Below, piece after piece: positions 8,337 to 16,052 of a DNA stretch of 63,706 nt. The stretch's first letter is position 1; every line of letters begins with the position of its first letter. The stretch is from an uncultured virus (IMG/VR IMGVR_UViG_3300046007_010127) (Duplodnaviria; Heunggongvirae; Uroviricota; Caudoviricetes). The stretch lies in IMG/VR virus record IMGVR_UViG_3300046007_010127; one strand, written 5' to 3'. A program made the translations under genes and the position numbers. Below the pieces are notes generated by a model. That model was given only the letters and a program-made list of their open reading frames with translations. It made no database searches and was not told where the DNA came from.

Positions 8337-8404
8337 AAAGGGGGAAAATAGTTAGAAGGGCCTTTCCTGAAAGATGGCACGCTAGGCCCGTATTTGAACC
8401 CTTT
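8337..8404 (+). ncRNA. Candidate small structured RNA between tRNA-Glu and tRNA-Asp
   Basis: Nested stems aaaggg/cccttt, aaata/tattt and gggcct/aggccc. Confidence 0.35.
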
Positions 8405-8410
8405 AATTTA

Positions 8411-8484
8411 GGTCCGTTAGTAGAGTTGGTCACAACGCCGCCCTGTCACGGCGGAGGTCATGGGTTCGAATCCCATACGGACCG
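8411..8484 (+). tRNA. tRNA-Asp(GTC)
   Basis: Cloverleaf, CCGCC-CTGTCAC-GGCGG. Confidence 0.95.
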
Positions 8485-8491
8485 CAAACAT

Positions 8492-8564
<73 letters not shown>

Positions 8565-8568
8565 CTAA

Positions 8569-8649
8569 GCCCAGGTGGTGAAATGGTATACACGCTAGTC
8601 TTAGGAACTAGTGACGTAAGTCGTGAGGGTTCGAGTCCCTCCCTGGGTA
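8569..8649 (+). tRNA. tRNA-Leu(TAG)
   Basis: Type II cloverleaf, CTAGT-CTTAGGA-ACTAG. Confidence 0.93.
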
Positions 8650-8651
8650 CT

Positions 8652-9221
8652 ATGAAGATCATATTTTTAGATCATGATGGAGTAATTTGTCTTTCACAAC
8701 AATTTGGGGGACGCTACAAAAAGCAGGCTAAGGCTAGAACAAAGCTTTCTCAAAGTGTGATGGATTTTCCGGTTGGAGCTAGATTTGATAACTTCGATAA
8801 GAAAGCTATTAAAGTTCTAAACTTAATCTTAGAAGAGACTGGAGCTGAAATAGTTGTTTCTTCAGATTGGAAGAACTGGGCAAATGTTGAAGAGATGGGA
8901 GAATACTACGAACAACAGGGTATAATTAAAAAACCTATCGACTTCACTCCTAGAGAATACACAATGCCCGAAAAACAAGAATGGCATCCAGACTGGGATT
9001 TAGAAGCATCAAGAACTTTAGAAATCCAAGAATGGCTAAAAGATCATCCAGATGTTACTCATTGGGTAGCAATAGATGATTTAGACATGAGCTTTAAAGA
9101 AGTATCAAATAATAGAAGTGGTACTGGATGGGGATTAACAAATTTTGTACATACCCCGAGTGTCACTGAGGGGATTAAAAAATCAGGAATTAAGCATAAA
9201 ATCGTTAAATTTTTACTCTAA
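8652..9221 (+). CDS. HAD-superfamily phosphatase (Swiss-Army-knife RNA-repair type)
   Basis: IIFLDHDGV, IVVSSDW and WVAIDD motifs; true start is ATG 8652, after tRNA-Leu. Confidence 0.8.
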   Translation: MKIIFLDHDGVICLSQQFGGRYKKQAKARTKLSQSVMDFPVGARFDNFDKKAIKVLNLILEETGAEIVVSSDWKNWANVEEMGEYYEQQGIIKKPIDFTPREYTMPEKQEWHPDWDLEASRTLEIQEWLKDHPDVTHWVAIDDLDMSFKEVSNNRSGTGWGLTNFVHTPSVTEGIKKSGIKHKIVKFLL

Positions 9222-9290
9222 TAGTTAAAATCTTTTTTTTAGCCCGTTATATTTCATTAATTCTGTGATATAATTAATAAAGTTATTATT

Positions 9291-9668
9291 ATGGAAAATG
9301 AAAAATTAAAAAGAGTTACTATGAGGGTATCTCACGAAAATCCTGATGCACAGGTAAATTTCACAGCTATTGGTATCGGAAAGAATCAAAAAGAAGCAGC
9401 TATTTTTGCTTTGGGATCTTTCCTAAATGTTATGAATGGTGTAAGTGATGAAGGGGTATCAGATTACAATGAAGCTTTGGAAATGGTTAACGACCAATAT
9501 TCGGAGGAGGAAGTGAGTTTTTTTATCGAGAAAAAATTAGAAGCAAATGCTGATGCTTTCTTCAATGCTTACGAATCAACTAAAGTGGATTATGTTTGGG
9601 ACGAGGTAGAAGGAGAAGAATCAATAGGATTAATCCAAGAAATGGAAGTAGTAGAGGAAAAATATTAA
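9291..9668 (+). CDS. Acidic hypothetical protein
   Basis: ORF. Confidence 0.7.
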   Translation: MENEKLKRVTMRVSHENPDAQVNFTAIGIGKNQKEAAIFALGSFLNVMNGVSDEGVSDYNEALEMVNDQYSEEEVSFFIEKKLEANADAFFNAYESTKVDYVWDEVEGEESIGLIQEMEVVEEKY

Positions 9669-9708
9669 AAAATATCGGAAATCATTTTTTTATTTAAAAA
9701 AGATATTG

Positions 9709-9746
9709 TACTTTTACGAAACTATTCTGGAAACAGGATATATAAT
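9709..9746 (+). promoter_or_regulatory. Stacked promoters of tRNA operon 3
   Basis: TACTTTTA (9709), GAAAC (9718) with TATAAT (9741), and GATATATA (9737). Confidence 0.5.
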
Positions 9747-9754
9747 TAAGAAAA

Positions 9755-9862
9755 ATGAAAAACTGTAGTAAACATAACATCATTCGCATGAACAGTCAGA
9801 TTAATGGCTGCTATCAAACGGTGGCGTTTTGGGCTAAGGGGAAAGAACCCGATCGAAGCTAA
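9755..9862 (+). CDS. Leader peptide 3 (MKNCSKHNIIRMNSQINGCYQTVAFWAKGKEPDRS) of the tRNA operon 3 attenuator
   Basis: 35-codon ORF with codons for all ten downstream anticodons; antiterminator gatcgaagct (9851-9860). Confidence 0.75.
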   Translation: MKNCSKHNIIRMNSQINGCYQTVAFWAKGKEPDRS

Positions 9863-9890
9863 TACAGAAAATCATATTTAGATATTTTGG

Positions 9891-9922
9891 AAAAGGCTTT
9901 GATTAACTTCAAAGCCTTTTTT
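9891..9922 (+). terminator. Attenuator terminator 3
   Basis: aaaaggctttga-ttaact-tcaaagcctttt; 9895-9904 can pair with 9851-9860. Confidence 0.85.
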
Positions 9923-9925
9923 ATT

Positions 9926-9937
9926 TGTTCTTTGACA
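9926..9937 (+). promoter_or_regulatory. boxA-like antitermination site
   Basis: TGTTCTTTGACA. Confidence 0.65.
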
Positions 9938-9950
9938 TACTGGAAAAAAT

Positions 9951-10023
9951 GGTACCGTAGCTCAGTTGGTAGAGCACTAGACTGAAAATCTAGGTGTCGC
10001 CGGTTCGATTCCGGCCGGTACCA
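9951..10023 (+). tRNA. tRNA-Phe(GAA)
   Basis: Cloverleaf, CTAGA-CTGAAAA-TCTAG. Confidence 0.95.
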
Positions 10024-10094
10024 CAATACTAAACAAGAAATTGTCACACTAAACTAATCATGTTTAGTATTACAAAAACAAGTTTAGTAAAAAT

Positions 10095-10168
10095 GATCTC
10101 GTAGCTCAGTTGGCTAGAGCACCTCACTTTTAATGAGGGAGTCGAGGGTTCGAGCCCCTCCGGGATCA
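10095..10168 (+). tRNA. tRNA-Lys(TTT)
   Basis: Cloverleaf, CCTCA-CTTTTAA-TGAGG. Confidence 0.95.
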
Positions 10169-10169
10169 C

Positions 10170-10306
10170 AAAGGTTGATTGGGGAAAGATGATGCCCATA
10201 ACATGAGAGTGTATATCGGTTGGTGTCATTGGAGTTGGGAGATATACACCTAAGTAAAGCCAATCGTAAAAGAGAATGTCCACGCAACCATCTTTCTCTT
10301 TCCTTT
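10170..10306 (+). ncRNA. Candidate ~137-nt structured RNA between tRNA-Lys and tRNA-Trp
   Basis: Stems aaagg/ccttt, ggggaaagatg/catctttctct and gtgtatatc/gatatacac. Confidence 0.5.
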
Positions 10307-10310
10307 AAAT

Positions 10311-10383
10311 GCGTCCTTAGCTCAATTGGTAGAGTGTTGGTCTCCAAAACCAAAGGTTGTAGGTTCGATCCCTACAGGGCGTG
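10311..10383 (+). tRNA. tRNA-Trp(CCA)
   Basis: Cloverleaf, TTGGT-CTCCAAA-ACCAA. Confidence 0.93.
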
Positions 10384-10390
10384 CTAAAAA

Positions 10391-10463
10391 GGTCCCGTAG
10401 TTCAATGGATTAGAATGGAACACTACGGATGTTCTGATCCTGGTTCGAGTCCAGGCGGGATCT
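10391..10463 (+). tRNA. tRNA-Arg(ACG)
   Basis: Cloverleaf, GAACA-CTACGGA-TGTTC. Confidence 0.93.
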
Positions 10464-10474
10464 CAAACAAATAA

Positions 10475-10545
10475 GGTCGTGTGGTCGAGTGGTTAGGCGC
10501 TAGTCTGCAAAACTAGTTATACTGGTTCGATTCCAGTCACGACCT
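10475..10545 (+). tRNA. tRNA-Cys(GCA)
   Basis: Cloverleaf, CTAGT-CTGCAAA-ACTAG. Confidence 0.93.
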
Positions 10546-10565
10546 CTAAAAAATAAAAAGTGCAT

Positions 10566-10697
10566 ATGGATAAAAGAGTTATAGTAAAAGGAAGTTTTGA
10601 TTCAAGTAGAGAAAATTTAAGAAGAGAGGGAATTAGCTTTACAATTAGTAAAGCCTTTCTCAAAAAAATTAAAAGAATACTTAAAAGAGGAAAGTAA
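10566..10697 (+). CDS. Possible small basic protein (43 aa) inside the tRNA array
   Basis: ATG after an A-rich stretch; MDKRVIVKGSFDSSRENLRREG...KRGK; stop overlaps the tRNA-Ser 5' end. Confidence 0.35.
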   Translation: MDKRVIVKGSFDSSRENLRREGISFTISKAFLKKIKRILKRGK

Positions 10698-10774
10698 TCC
10701 TGGATGGTGATGGGGCTCGCCTGCTAAGCGAAGTGTACCTTAATTGGTATCTGGTTCGATTCCAGTTCTTTCCG
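10689..10774 (+). tRNA. tRNA-Ser(GCT), atypical D arm
   Basis: CTCGC-CTGCTAA-GCGAA, variable arm TACC/GGTA, T-loop TTCGATT, acceptor GGAAAG/CTTTCC. Confidence 0.75.
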
Positions 10775-10780
10775 CAACAT

Positions 10781-10857
10781 TGACATGTAGCTCAGTTGGT
10801 TAGAGCGTTGATCTGATACGTCAAAGGCCGAAGGTTCGAATCCTTCTATGTCAACCA
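10781..10857 (+). tRNA. tRNA-Ile(GAT)
   Basis: Cloverleaf, TTGAT-CTGATAC-GTCAA, encoded CCA. Confidence 0.9.
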
Positions 10858-10863
10858 TTATTT

Positions 10864-10939
10864 AGTCTCTTAGCTCAGCTGGTAGAGCGTCTGCCTTACA
10901 TGCAGAATGCCGGGGGTTCGATTCCCCTCTGTCACCCCA
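10864..10939 (+). pseudogene. Chimeric tRNA-Val(TAC) with an unpaired acceptor stem (His-like 3' end)
   Basis: D, anticodon and T arms intact; 5' AGTCTCT cannot pair with 3' CTGTCAC-C-CCA. Confidence 0.7.
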
Positions 10940-10949
10940 TTTTATATAA

Positions 10950-11029
10950 GCCGATGTGGCTCAGTGGCGACAGCACCGCTTTTGTACAGCGGTATACAAA
11001 CATCGGGGGTTCGAGTCCCTCCATCGGCT
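10950..11029 (+). tRNA. tRNA-Thr(TGT), enlarged variable region
   Basis: Acceptor GCCGATG/CATCGGC, CCGCT-TTTGTAC-AGCGG, 12-nt variable segment. Confidence 0.85.
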
Positions 11030-11035
11030 CTATAT

Positions 11036-11108
11036 TGTCCTGTAGTGTAATTGGCAACACGTCTGATTTTGGTTCAGAAGACTCCAGGTTCGAGCCCTGG
11101 CGGGACAA
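11036..11108 (+). tRNA. tRNA-Gln(TTG)
   Basis: Cloverleaf, TCTGA-TTTTGGT-TCAGA. Confidence 0.92.
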
Positions 11109-11161
11109 CTTATTTTATGAAATAAAAAAAAAGATCTACAATATAAATAATAAAACATAAT

Positions 11162-12289
11162 ATGAAGAATGATATATGCTTGGTAATGATCGTAAAGGAT
11201 GAGGAAGAAGTTATTACCAGATGTTTAAATTCGGTTTGTTCTATTATAGATTATTGGGTAATAGTTGATACTGGGTCTGAAGATAATACTAAAGAAGTTA
11301 TTAGGGATTTTATGGAGGAGAAAAATATCCCCGGAGAATTATATGATAGAAAATGGGTAGATTTTTCTTATAATAGAAACGAAAGTTTAGAATTAGCAAA
11401 TGGTAAATGTAATTACATGCTAATAATGGATGCGGACGATCTATTGGAAATATCTGATTATTCTAAATTCAACAATTTATCTCTTCATTCTTATAATATA
11501 CCTATTTTATTGGACGGGTTAGAATATAAAAGATTGCAGATATTAAAATCCGGGTACGAATGGAAATATGAAGGGGTATTACACGAATACATAAAAATAC
11601 CCGATATAGAAAATTATACGGAGGGTATTATAGAGGGATCATGTATAATAGCAAATGCTAGCTATCCTGAAGGGCATCCAAAATACCTAGGAGATGGCGA
11701 ACTTTTAATGAGATTCATAGATGATCCAGAAATATCGGAGGATCTTAAAAGAAGGTATACTTTCTATTGTGGATTAAGTTTTATGTGGGGAAGAGATTTT
11801 AATAAAGCAATAGAGATCTTTAAGAAAAGATCAGAAATTGGTGGATGGCCGGAAGAAATATACGTTTCTCTGTGGTATCTAGCAAAATTAAAAGAAAAAA
11901 TGGGAGATGATGAAGATTCTATAATTAACTCGTATTTAAAAGCATGGGAATCTAGACCAGGGAGACACGAAGCAGCATACGATCTTCTTAAATTTATTTA
12001 TCCAAAAAAAAGATGGTATCTAGGATTTATTATAGCTAGATCATGTATATCTTCTAGCGGATTAAACGATTCACTATTCGTTGATAAAAATATAAGAGAT
12101 TGGGGGATTTATAATATTTATTCTCAATATGCTTACAATTGCGGATTTATAACTGAAGCTATAGGTGCGACCGAGAGATTAATAAATTCTAGTTCTTTTA
12201 ATATTATCCCGGATGATGAACAGAAAAAAATAATAAATAACTTAGAAGTATATGAAATTAGTTTAATACAAAGCTATACTCATATATAA
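11162..12289 (+). CDS. GT2 glycosyltransferase with TPR-like C-terminus
   Basis: CLVMIVKDEE, IVDTGSED, DFSYNRN, MDADD and GVLHE motifs. Confidence 0.88.
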   Translation: MKNDICLVMIVKDEEEVITRCLNSVCSIIDYWVIVDTGSEDNTKEVIRDFMEEKNIPGELYDRKWVDFSYNRNESLELANGKCNYMLIMDADDLLEISDYSKFNNLSLHSYNIPILLDGLEYKRLQILKSGYEWKYEGVLHEYIKIPDIENYTEGIIEGSCIIANASYPEGHPKYLGDGELLMRFIDDPEISEDLKRRYTFYCGLSFMWGRDFNKAIEIFKKRSEIGGWPEEIYVSLWYLAKLKEKMGDDEDSIINSYLKAWESRPGRHEAAYDLLKFIYPKKRWYLGFIIARSCISSSGLNDSLFVDKNIRDWGIYNIYSQYAYNCGFITEAIGATERLINSSSFNIIPDDEQKKIINNLEVYEISLIQSYTHI

Positions 12290-12336
12290 AAAAACCTAGG
12301 TTGAATAATTAAACCAGTATGTAAAAATTTAATATT

Positions 12337-12825
12337 ATGAAAGTTCTAGTGTTAAATAACGACTTTACACCTGTGAGTGTTACCGACATGGCTCGGGGAT
12401 TCAAGCTTGTATATAAAGGAAAAGCTGAAGTACTAGAACATGACGAATCTAATCCTATTGTTACGGACCAGAAAATTTACAAAAGACCCTCCGTTATAAG
12501 GCTTTTGAAATATGTTGTTCTACCTTTTAAGAAATTAAAACCAACCAGAGAAAATATATTTAAGAGAGACGAACTAAAATGCCTATATTGCGACTCATCT
12601 AAAAATCTTACCATAGATCACGTTAGACCAAAATCAAGAGGCGGAATAAACACATGGGAAAACCTTGCTACTTGTTGTTCAAAGTGTAACAGTATAAAGG
12701 GAGATAGAACACCAGAAGAAGCTGGAATGAAAATGAGACACAGACCTTTTAAACCAGGATATGGATATTTTATTAGAAATTTTTCCAAAGGAATGGACGT
12801 CTGGACCGCATATTTACCAGAATAA
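12337..12825 (+). CDS. HNH endonuclease (McrA-like)
   Basis: VLVLN; RDELKCLYC...TIDHVRPKSRGG...WENLATCCSKCNSIKG. Confidence 0.9.
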   Translation: MKVLVLNNDFTPVSVTDMARGFKLVYKGKAEVLEHDESNPIVTDQKIYKRPSVIRLLKYVVLPFKKLKPTRENIFKRDELKCLYCDSSKNLTIDHVRPKSRGGINTWENLATCCSKCNSIKGDRTPEEAGMKMRHRPFKPGYGYFIRNFSKGMDVWTAYLPE

Positions 12826-12828
12826 TAT

Positions 12829-12857
12829 AAAAATCCCAGAATATTCTGGGATTTTTT
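12829..12857 (+). terminator. Intrinsic terminator
   Basis: aaaatcccaga-atat-tctgggatttt. Confidence 0.75.
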
Positions 12858-12897
12858 GTGCGCTGTTGGTCTATAATATCTACACAAAAATACTAAT

Positions 12898-13965
12898 ATG
12901 CTATTTGATTTCGACGATATCCTAATTGAACCAGAGGTCCACACGAGTATAAGATCAAGAAAAAATGTCGATGTTTTAGACGAAGGCAAGATGCTGCCTC
13001 TTTTTACTGCACCAATGGACACTGTAATAGACAACAATAATTCCAAGGTTTTTAATAATCATAAAATCTATGGAATAATTCCTAGACTTGCTATAGAATA
13101 CCCACTAGATTATTTTTCAACAGATTATAAGGTTTGGTATTCTTATGGATTAGACGATTTTAAAAGAGTATTTATTGATAATAGAATATCCCTAAAAGGA
13201 AGAGAAGCAGCTTATGCACTTATAGATGTTGCAAACGGGCATATGGATATAGTTAAAGAGCTAGTTGAAGATTCTAAAAAAATCTATGGACAATCTCTTA
13301 TACTTATGGTCGGTAACTGTGCAAACCCATATACATTCTTATCACTATCTAGTGCAGGTGCAGATTATGTTAGAATGGGAATAGGAAATGGTGCAGGATG
13401 TCTAACAACAGTACAAACAGGTATAGGATTCCCAATGGCATCACTAATACACGAAACTGCCAAGATTCAGACCGAAAGAAACATAAAAACAAAGATCGTT
13501 GCTGATGGGGGATTCAAAAAGTATTCAGATGTAATAAAAGCATTGGCCCTTGGAGCTGATTACGTAATGCTTGGAAGTATCTTTAATAAAGCTTTAGAAA
13601 GTTGTGGTGAAACCTATGAAGAAAATAAAGACTTCGGATCTTGGAAAGAACCAGGGGATAAAGTTGATCAATATTCTATAGATGTTCTTTTACAATTTGA
13701 GGCAGGAAGAAAATTTTTTAAGAAATTTAGAGGAATGTCTACTAAAGAGGCACAGAAAAGCTTAGGACGAAAAGAAATAAAAACATCTGAGGGAATATCT
13801 AAAATGCAACAGGTAGAATATACTTTAAGCGGATGGTGTGAGAATTTTCAAGATTATCTTAAATCTGCAATGAGTTATACTGACTGTCTGACCCTTGGTG
13901 AATTTATTGGCAAAGTCCGGTTCAATAAAATATCTAAAAATTCTTTTGATAGGTTTCATAAATAG
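12898..13965 (+). CDS. GMP reductase / IMP dehydrogenase family (no CBS domain)
   Basis: FDDILI, APMDTV, IDVANGH, GIGNGAGCLT, VADGG, GADYVMLG and FRGMS motifs. Confidence 0.88.
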   Translation: MLFDFDDILIEPEVHTSIRSRKNVDVLDEGKMLPLFTAPMDTVIDNNNSKVFNNHKIYGIIPRLAIEYPLDYFSTDYKVWYSYGLDDFKRVFIDNRISLKGREAAYALIDVANGHMDIVKELVEDSKKIYGQSLILMVGNCANPYTFLSLSSAGADYVRMGIGNGAGCLTTVQTGIGFPMASLIHETAKIQTERNIKTKIVADGGFKKYSDVIKALALGADYVMLGSIFNKALESCGETYEENKDFGSWKEPGDKVDQYSIDVLLQFEAGRKFFKKFRGMSTKEAQKSLGRKEIKTSEGISKMQQVEYTLSGWCENFQDYLKSAMSYTDCLTLGEFIGKVRFNKISKNSFDRFHK

Positions 13966-14009
13966 GAAACCTTTAAAAAAACTACCATATAATAAAGAAA
14001 TTGGCTTAA

Positions 14010-14813
14010 ATGAAAAAGTTTGGAAGGTTTAATGATGTGATCAGATGGACAGCTGAGCAGATGTACGATTACTCATATGTTGTTCACACAGAGAAGTGGC
14101 AAGGAAAGGAAATCAAACATGATCCTAGATATGCTATGATCGAAACATTAAATCTTTCTTTTTCGTGTCAAATGGATCCGGACATTAAAGTTATCGGAGA
14201 CCAAATTAAGCCCAATTTTGAATGGGCAGACGAGCACTTTGAGGAAAGAGTTAGCGGATATCCTCTTAATCCGCCTCCATCTCATGTTCGCTGGCCATAT
14301 GCTCAGAAGAATAATTCAGAATTCGGTGGAGATGAAAAATTCTCCCACACATACCCTGAAAGGATCTGGGGAAAATATGGAGAGACTGAATCTCCAACCC
14401 GCACTACTGGATGTACATTAAAAGGAATCAGATACAATTATGGCGATTTTGCCGATGTTGTTAATCTTATGGTTAGAGAACCTTTTACTAGACAGGCATT
14501 TTTACCTATTTGGTATCCAGAGGACACCGGATCAGTTCACGGAGAAAGAGTACCTTGTACTATTGGATATCATTTTATCAGAAGAGGTAATTGGGTACAT
14601 GTTGTTTACTATATAAGATCCTGCGATTTTTTCAGACATTTTAGAGACGACATTTATCTTTGTGCTAGAAAGGTATTTTGGCTTATTGAGCAGTGCAATA
14701 AAAAAGATCCTGAAAACTGGGAGGATGTTAAACCGGGTATGCTTACTATGCACATTACTTCTTTACATGCTTGGGCATCTGAAAAGCCTATGCTTAAGAA
14801 TTTGATTCGATGA
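14010..14813 (+). CDS. Divergent thymidylate-synthase-family enzyme (possible pyrimidine-modifying enzyme)
   Basis: TRQA, catalytic VPC, RSCD and HITSLH motifs. Confidence 0.8.
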   Translation: MKKFGRFNDVIRWTAEQMYDYSYVVHTEKWQGKEIKHDPRYAMIETLNLSFSCQMDPDIKVIGDQIKPNFEWADEHFEERVSGYPLNPPPSHVRWPYAQKNNSEFGGDEKFSHTYPERIWGKYGETESPTRTTGCTLKGIRYNYGDFADVVNLMVREPFTRQAFLPIWYPEDTGSVHGERVPCTIGYHFIRRGNWVHVVYYIRSCDFFRHFRDDIYLCARKVFWLIEQCNKKDPENWEDVKPGMLTMHITSLHAWASEKPMLKNLIR

Positions 14814-14823
14814 TATATACTAG

Positions 14824-15666
14824 ATGTTGGTACATCTAAAAGACTTTAAAAGTTTCTCTTTATTCGAAAATATAAGGATCGAAAAAATGGATCCCTCATC
14901 TTACAAGAGAGAAACTGTTACAGAATTACCCTATATGGATATTATAGGAGAAAATCGTAACAATTTTCTTAAAAAGCTAATTAAAATATCTGAGAGTCTT
15001 AATATAGATCCTAAGTGGCTTTTACACACTATATTTCACGAAAGTAGATTCGATACAAAATACCAAGACAGCATGTCAAAAGCTGTAGGACTTTTAGGCT
15101 TTATGCCATCAGTCCTTAAGAATTTTGTAAATCCAGAAACAGGAAAAAGCTATACTCCGAATGATGTCTTACAGATGTCTAATATAGATCAATTAGATTT
15201 AGTTAACGCTTTTTATAAAGCATGGTTTTCTGAAATGAATCTAAAGGGTGAGATTTCTCCCGGCGATTTCGCATCTTTAACATTTTATCCAGAGACTATA
15301 AGAAAAGATTGGAAGTGGGAATTTCCTGCTTATGTTGTAGATAAAAATATCGAGACTTTTAAAAAATTCCCTTCCGGTGGGGGAAAAACGAAGAAGGATT
15401 ATTATGAATATATCGATCAGATCTTCAATAGCGGCGAAGAACAGGACGATAACAATAATTACATATTAGGTAATTTCACCGGAGCATTTGCAGATCCTAA
15501 ATCCTATAGAGCTAAAAAGCCATTGGAATATTACAGAGGTATACTCGATGCAATAGAGGATCCATATTTAAATCAAGAAATACAGATGCAAGATATGGAG
15601 AACACCGAGAAGAATAAACAGGTTAACGCTAACACCGTTCCTTTAGGAGTAAATGCAGTAAAATGA
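14824..15666 (+). CDS. Lytic transglycosylase (SLT)-like protein
   Basis: IDPKWLLHTIFHESRF...AVGLLGFMP. Confidence 0.65.
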   Translation: MLVHLKDFKSFSLFENIRIEKMDPSSYKRETVTELPYMDIIGENRNNFLKKLIKISESLNIDPKWLLHTIFHESRFDTKYQDSMSKAVGLLGFMPSVLKNFVNPETGKSYTPNDVLQMSNIDQLDLVNAFYKAWFSEMNLKGEISPGDFASLTFYPETIRKDWKWEFPAYVVDKNIETFKKFPSGGGKTKKDYYEYIDQIFNSGEEQDDNNNYILGNFTGAFADPKSYRAKKPLEYYRGILDAIEDPYLNQEIQMQDMENTEKNKQVNANTVPLGVNAVK

Positions 15667-15944
15667 TGTTAAAAAGAATAAAAGACTTCGGAATAAAAGA
15701 ATCACTAGAATACAGTGGGGAGGACGTAACTAGAATGCCTGTTATAGGAAAAGTTATTACTCATGCAATTGGACCATTTGACGAGGGAGAATATGAAGTG
15801 GTTGAAATAATAGAAGATCCTGAAGGGAAAGACATCTATGTATGTAATAAGTGGTATAAAGAATATAAAAGAATACCTCAAATAATTCACCAAAATTTGG
15901 TTAAAGAATATATTCCCGTTGAAAAATTTGGGAACTTTTATTAA
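15663..15944 (+). CDS. Hypothetical protein
   Basis: ORF, ATGA-coupled to the upstream gene. Confidence 0.65.
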   Translation: MMLKRIKDFGIKESLEYSGEDVTRMPVIGKVITHAIGPFDEGEYEVVEIIEDPEGKDIYVCNKWYKEYKRIPQIIHQNLVKEYIPVEKFGNFY

Positions 15945-16052
15945 TAAGGTTATATAATAATAGAACTAGAGGTTTCTAGTCACTTCCGGGTCAACAAACC
16001 GTAGAGCTTTCAGAAATGGACGCGAAGGAAGGGGCCAAATAAAATAATCTTT

